Of a stretch of 64,000 bases of DNA, positions 59,893 to 64,000 are shown piece by piece. Under the pieces are notes generated by a model, which saw only the letters and a program-made list of their open reading frames with translations, did not search any database and was not told the origin of the DNA. The position numbers and the translations under genes were made by a program. How positions within the stretch are numbered: the stretch's first letter is position 1; every line of letters begins with the position of its first letter. The stretch is from Octopus sinensis (lineage: Eukaryota). Location: contig NC_043003.1 of NCBI RefSeq assembly GCF_006345805.1, positions 21,080,001-21,144,000 of the forward strand, read 5' to 3'.

Positions 59893-61544
59893 CTATAATT
59901 GAAGTAAAAGAAATAAATCTATCAAAGTCAATTAATCAATCAATTAATTAGTGAATTAATCAATTAGAATCTGACACTGATATGTTATTATAAAAAAAAC
60001 AATAAAAACAAAATATAAATTAGCATTTTTGAATTCATTATATTTAACCATTTACAATAGAAGAAGAATACATTCAACATCAACTATGCATAAAGAACAT
60101 GGTACTTTATGCTCCTTATTTAACCTGGTGATTGTCAGCTTGGGTCCATATGGCCCTTGGGGATCCAGATAAGATTTTGATGTTAAAATTTATCTGCAAT
60201 AAATTACATATACTTCTACAATACACATGTAGTGGATGTGTGTATGTATTAATAAATACATAAGTTGTTTTGTGATTAAATAGAGATTTATTTACACTAC
60301 ATAAATTTTGTAAGCAATGCTACGCATTGCTTGTACAGAATACATATTAAAGAAGAATATGTTTGCGTGTGTGTGTGTGTGTGTGTGTGTGTAAATCATT
60401 CAGGACAGTCACCTTTAGACATATTCTCTAGTCGTCTCCAAAACACGTAGTGTTTGCTTTTGGTGTCGGCTCCGGTTCTCTCTCTATAGCCGATTTTTCC
60501 GTTCTATTTATAAAATCTCAAATAGCCAGAAAAATAGATATATCGCAACACAGTTACTGTTTAAGTAGGTCATCGTTCATCCACTTGAACTTCGCCTGAC
60601 ATGGCTCAGGTCAGAGGTCAAAGGGAGATGATCAATCACTTTTTGTCAGAACAAAGGAATCTTAATTTCGCGCCTTTGCATGCATTGGTATTTGACGACC
60701 GATGATTCTTGGATTTGATTTTGAATCCAAACTTAGAGAAGGAAGTGCTAACTCTTACACACAGAACATTTTGACAAATTTATCTCTTATATAAAATCCG
60801 TTCTGTCTGTCTGTCTGTGTGTGTGTCTTCTTGGATCTCAGGCATCCTCCAAGCGATTGTGCTCAAATTTGATATGTAGATACCGACAATATCAGGGCAT
60901 GTATAAGTCTTGAAAAAATTACAAAAATCGATTCCAGGTGAGAATGCAATCGATAAAGCCGTTTTTGTTCTGCTTTTCTTCCGTTAAGCTGTACATAACT
61001 GCACCTTCCATTTTTTGTTGTTTTTGTACTGCTTAAAGGCACGTTTCTTTCCTGCCAAGCTTACTGTTTAAACCATGTTTGTGTTCTCCCAGTCAACAGC
61101 CTTATCATTACTGGTACTTTAAACTCTTCGGTTGCATATTTGTGTGGATAAAATCGTTTTTCTTTGGAATAGAAAAAAGTCTGTCTTTATTTCTTCTTTT
61201 GCTGGTGTCTCAAATTTAGGTTAAATCAGTGTTTCTCAAAGGGGAGGCCTATGAGACGGTCAGACAAGTTGTTTTGAGAAAATTTAGTTTAAATGTTTGA
61301 CAACTCAGCACCATCCATTGGACGGGGGGGGCGTTTTACTCGTGTATATATATATATATATTACTTGTTTCAGTCATTAGACTGTGGCCAAGCTGGGGCA
61401 CCACCTTGAAGAATTTTGAGTCGAATGTATCGACCCCAGTATTTTTTTTATAAAGCCTGGTACTTGTTTTATCGGTCTCTGTTTGTCAAGCAGTAGTTGG
61501 GGACAAACATGGACACAAAGACACATGCACACACACACATACAC

Positions 61545-62420
61545 AGAGGGTGCAATTGGTAAATTATTGCCATTTTATATTTTTGATGTCATGCATTGGC
61601 ATTGTTTGTTTTTGATTATTGTCAGCTACACAGTATAGTAGGGCTAGTTAGGCATCATCTGTCAGAAACGCTACACCATAATGCAATTCACTCTGCCAGA
61701 AATTTGGAAATGACATGCTGTACTGCTTGGAATTTGCACCAAAAGTTCCAATATGAAAAAAGAGTGAACACACAGAACAACCATTTACTTGCTGTGTCCC
61801 GAAATCATGTACTGGGCGTGATGAAATTCAAACATTCAGTCAACATCATGGTGCTTGGAGTGATCACTAATGATGGTGTGATGTTATGCTTCCCACACAG
61901 CCTCACACCCAACATGGAGGCCTACATCAAGTGCCAGGAGGAGATAGTGCTGTCCTGGGTCAAGAGGGTGGCTGCTGGAAGAACCTATCTCTGGCACCAG
62001 AACTCTGCATCATGCCACACAAGCAGTAGAACCCAGTCATAGCTGTCAGATAATTTCTGTGACCACACCACCCCTAACATCTGGCCACCTAACTCCCCAG
62101 ACAACAACCCCCTTGATTATTATGTGTGGAGCACTGTTGGGTGAGAGACCAACAAAACCCTTTGTAACACCAAAGATGAACTGAAGGCAAGGATTATGGC
62201 AGCATTCACCAACTTAAACAAGTAGACTATCCAGAAGAGTTGCAGGAGATTTTGAAGTCATCTGGAGGCTGTGGAGAAACCAATGGTAATTTTATTGAAC
62301 AAATTTACTCTTTAGTATTTCAAGATATTTTTATGTAATTTTTGTAAATATATCTGTTAAAATGAGATGTTAATGTTATTTTCATTTTTGCATAATTTAG
62401 ACAACAATAAATTCACCACA
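61545..62420 (+). mobile_element. Degenerate DD37D (maT-type) Tc1/mariner transposase
   Basis: IMVLGVIT.DG, WHQNSASCH (decayed FQQDSAPCH), WPPNSPDNNPLDYYVW; 37 residues between the second and third acidic positions; in-frame stops. Confidence 0.82.
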
Positions 62421-62674
62421 CAAGAGTAAACAAGAGAGACAGAAACAAGCAGAAAGAAAGAAAATGCCCCTTGTATTTGAATACTATGCAAATATTCTTT
62501 TAAAAACTTTTCTTTTAATTTTTCCAAAATTTAATTGTTTTCCATACTTACAGTTGAAGAAATCACAATGACTGAAACTGGTACTGAAATGTTTTTTATA
62601 AAATTATTTTAACATTTTCTACCTTGACTTTTTTTCCATATATATACCAACTTGTGTGTTCCTTTTCAACCTTC

Positions 62675-62736
<62 letters not shown>

Positions 62737-63037
62737 TACATAAATGTATGTGTGTATGTATGTATGTATGTACATATTCAATGAGCTTCCACACTGTTTC
62801 CTTTTATGAAATTCACTCACAAAGCATTAATCGGCCTGAGGCTATAATAGAAGACACTTGCCCAACATGCTGGGTAGCAGGACTGAACCTGAAACCATGT
62901 AGTTTCAAAATGGGCATTTTAACCATATTCAGGTTAATGAAGTGAATAAAAATCACATTTAGGAAGGTTTTAGGGTAAATATTATAAAGGGAGGAATAGA
63001 ACCGAAAGGGTTTGTGGAAAACATTTTACAGACTTAC

Positions 63038-63244
63038 CCCATGCGAGTAGTAGTTGTTTTTAATCCATAAATGCCACAAAAGTGAGCTGGACAGTGAATG
63101 CTACCACCAATATCTGTTCCTATACCTAAAATAGATCCACCATAACCTATGAGAGCTCCTTCCCCTCCGCTTGATCCACCAGGACATCGATCAGCTTTAA
63201 TCGGGTTTCTAGTTTTTCCGTAAATATTATTATTACAGGATTTA
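63038..63244 (-). CDS. FAAH: FAAH-like copy B, amidase-signature exon
   Basis: [57 protein letters not shown]; 207 nt; same splice phases as copy A exon 7. Confidence 0.95.
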
Positions 63245-63743
63245 CTGCAAAGAAAATATGAATATTGAAAAGTTAGAACTAACAACTGATAAAAACAAAT
63301 GCAAGCAATTATCTATGGACTTATTCAATTGTAATATATATACATAATTGTAATATATATACATACTTAGAGAAAGTGTTTCATCACCATCACAACATCA
63401 CCATTGTTACCATCACTACTGTTGTTGTTATTACTGGTGTCCATGCAGTCAATTAGCTCCCTCCCCCAAAATTTCAGGCCTTGTGTGTTATAGTTATTAT
63501 TATTATTATTATTATCATCATCATCATTTAATGTCCGTTTTTCATACTGGCATTGGTGGAAGGAATTATTATTATTGTGATTATGACCATTATTTGGATG
63601 TTGCAAATCTATATAAAAAATTTCTGTTAATAAAGCTTTCAAGATTTAAAGCAACAACTGTGTGGAATAAAACACATCAAATATTTTCCCTTCAGTTTGA
63701 ACATTCAGTGCAAAAATTTCATTTACACCATGACTAAATATAT

Positions 63744-63782
<39 letters not shown>

Positions 63783-64000
63783 TTCATAAACAATGTAATC
63801 CTTATTGATTTTCAGTGAGAAAAGCATCGTAATGCAAAACTCAGGAGCACAGCTCACATTTAAAGGGCAATGTTTATGCTGCACACACTGATACCCCAGT
63901 CCACATCCAGTTAAAGGTCACCCCCTTTGGCTTGAGAAAAAAAAAAGGCGTTTGATTCAAGATGGGAAGTGTGAGCGAAAGGTTGAGGACTGCAAAGTGA

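Overview
Eukaryotic, AT-rich, microsatellite- and transposon-dense DNA. The SINE/LINE families look like those I associate with octopus; this is unverified recognition from memory. There is one 100-N scaffold gap at 28474-28573. The only host protein-coding content I can support is two tandem, minus-strand, intron-rich FAAH-like amidase-signature genes about 61.4 kb apart. Copy A has 7 coding exons from ATG 16374 to 1647 and runs off the left edge. Copy B has 11 exons from 63244 to stop 33980 and begins beyond the right edge. All exon phases join in frame, and an A+B composite would be 584 aa. The rest is repeats: RTE-type and R4/Dong-type LINE fragments, at least three SINE families, Tc1 and DD37D mariner relics, Helitron/Helentron-like pieces, MITEs, a TRIM-like LTR remnant and Penelope-like elements (PLEs). 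Most notable: (i) a cluster of microsatellite-inserted palindromic elements carrying minimal hammerhead-ribozyme motifs at 37.5-45.1 kb, including a GIY-YIG-only element with no visible RT and one fully canonical hammerhead; (ii) a mosaic divergence pattern in the shared catalytic exon; (iii) a CGC->CAC (Arg->His) change next to the nucleophile in copy B that A-to-I editing could reverse; (iv) an inverted LINE pair bracketing three exons of copy B. All exon and repeat coordinates were read by eye.
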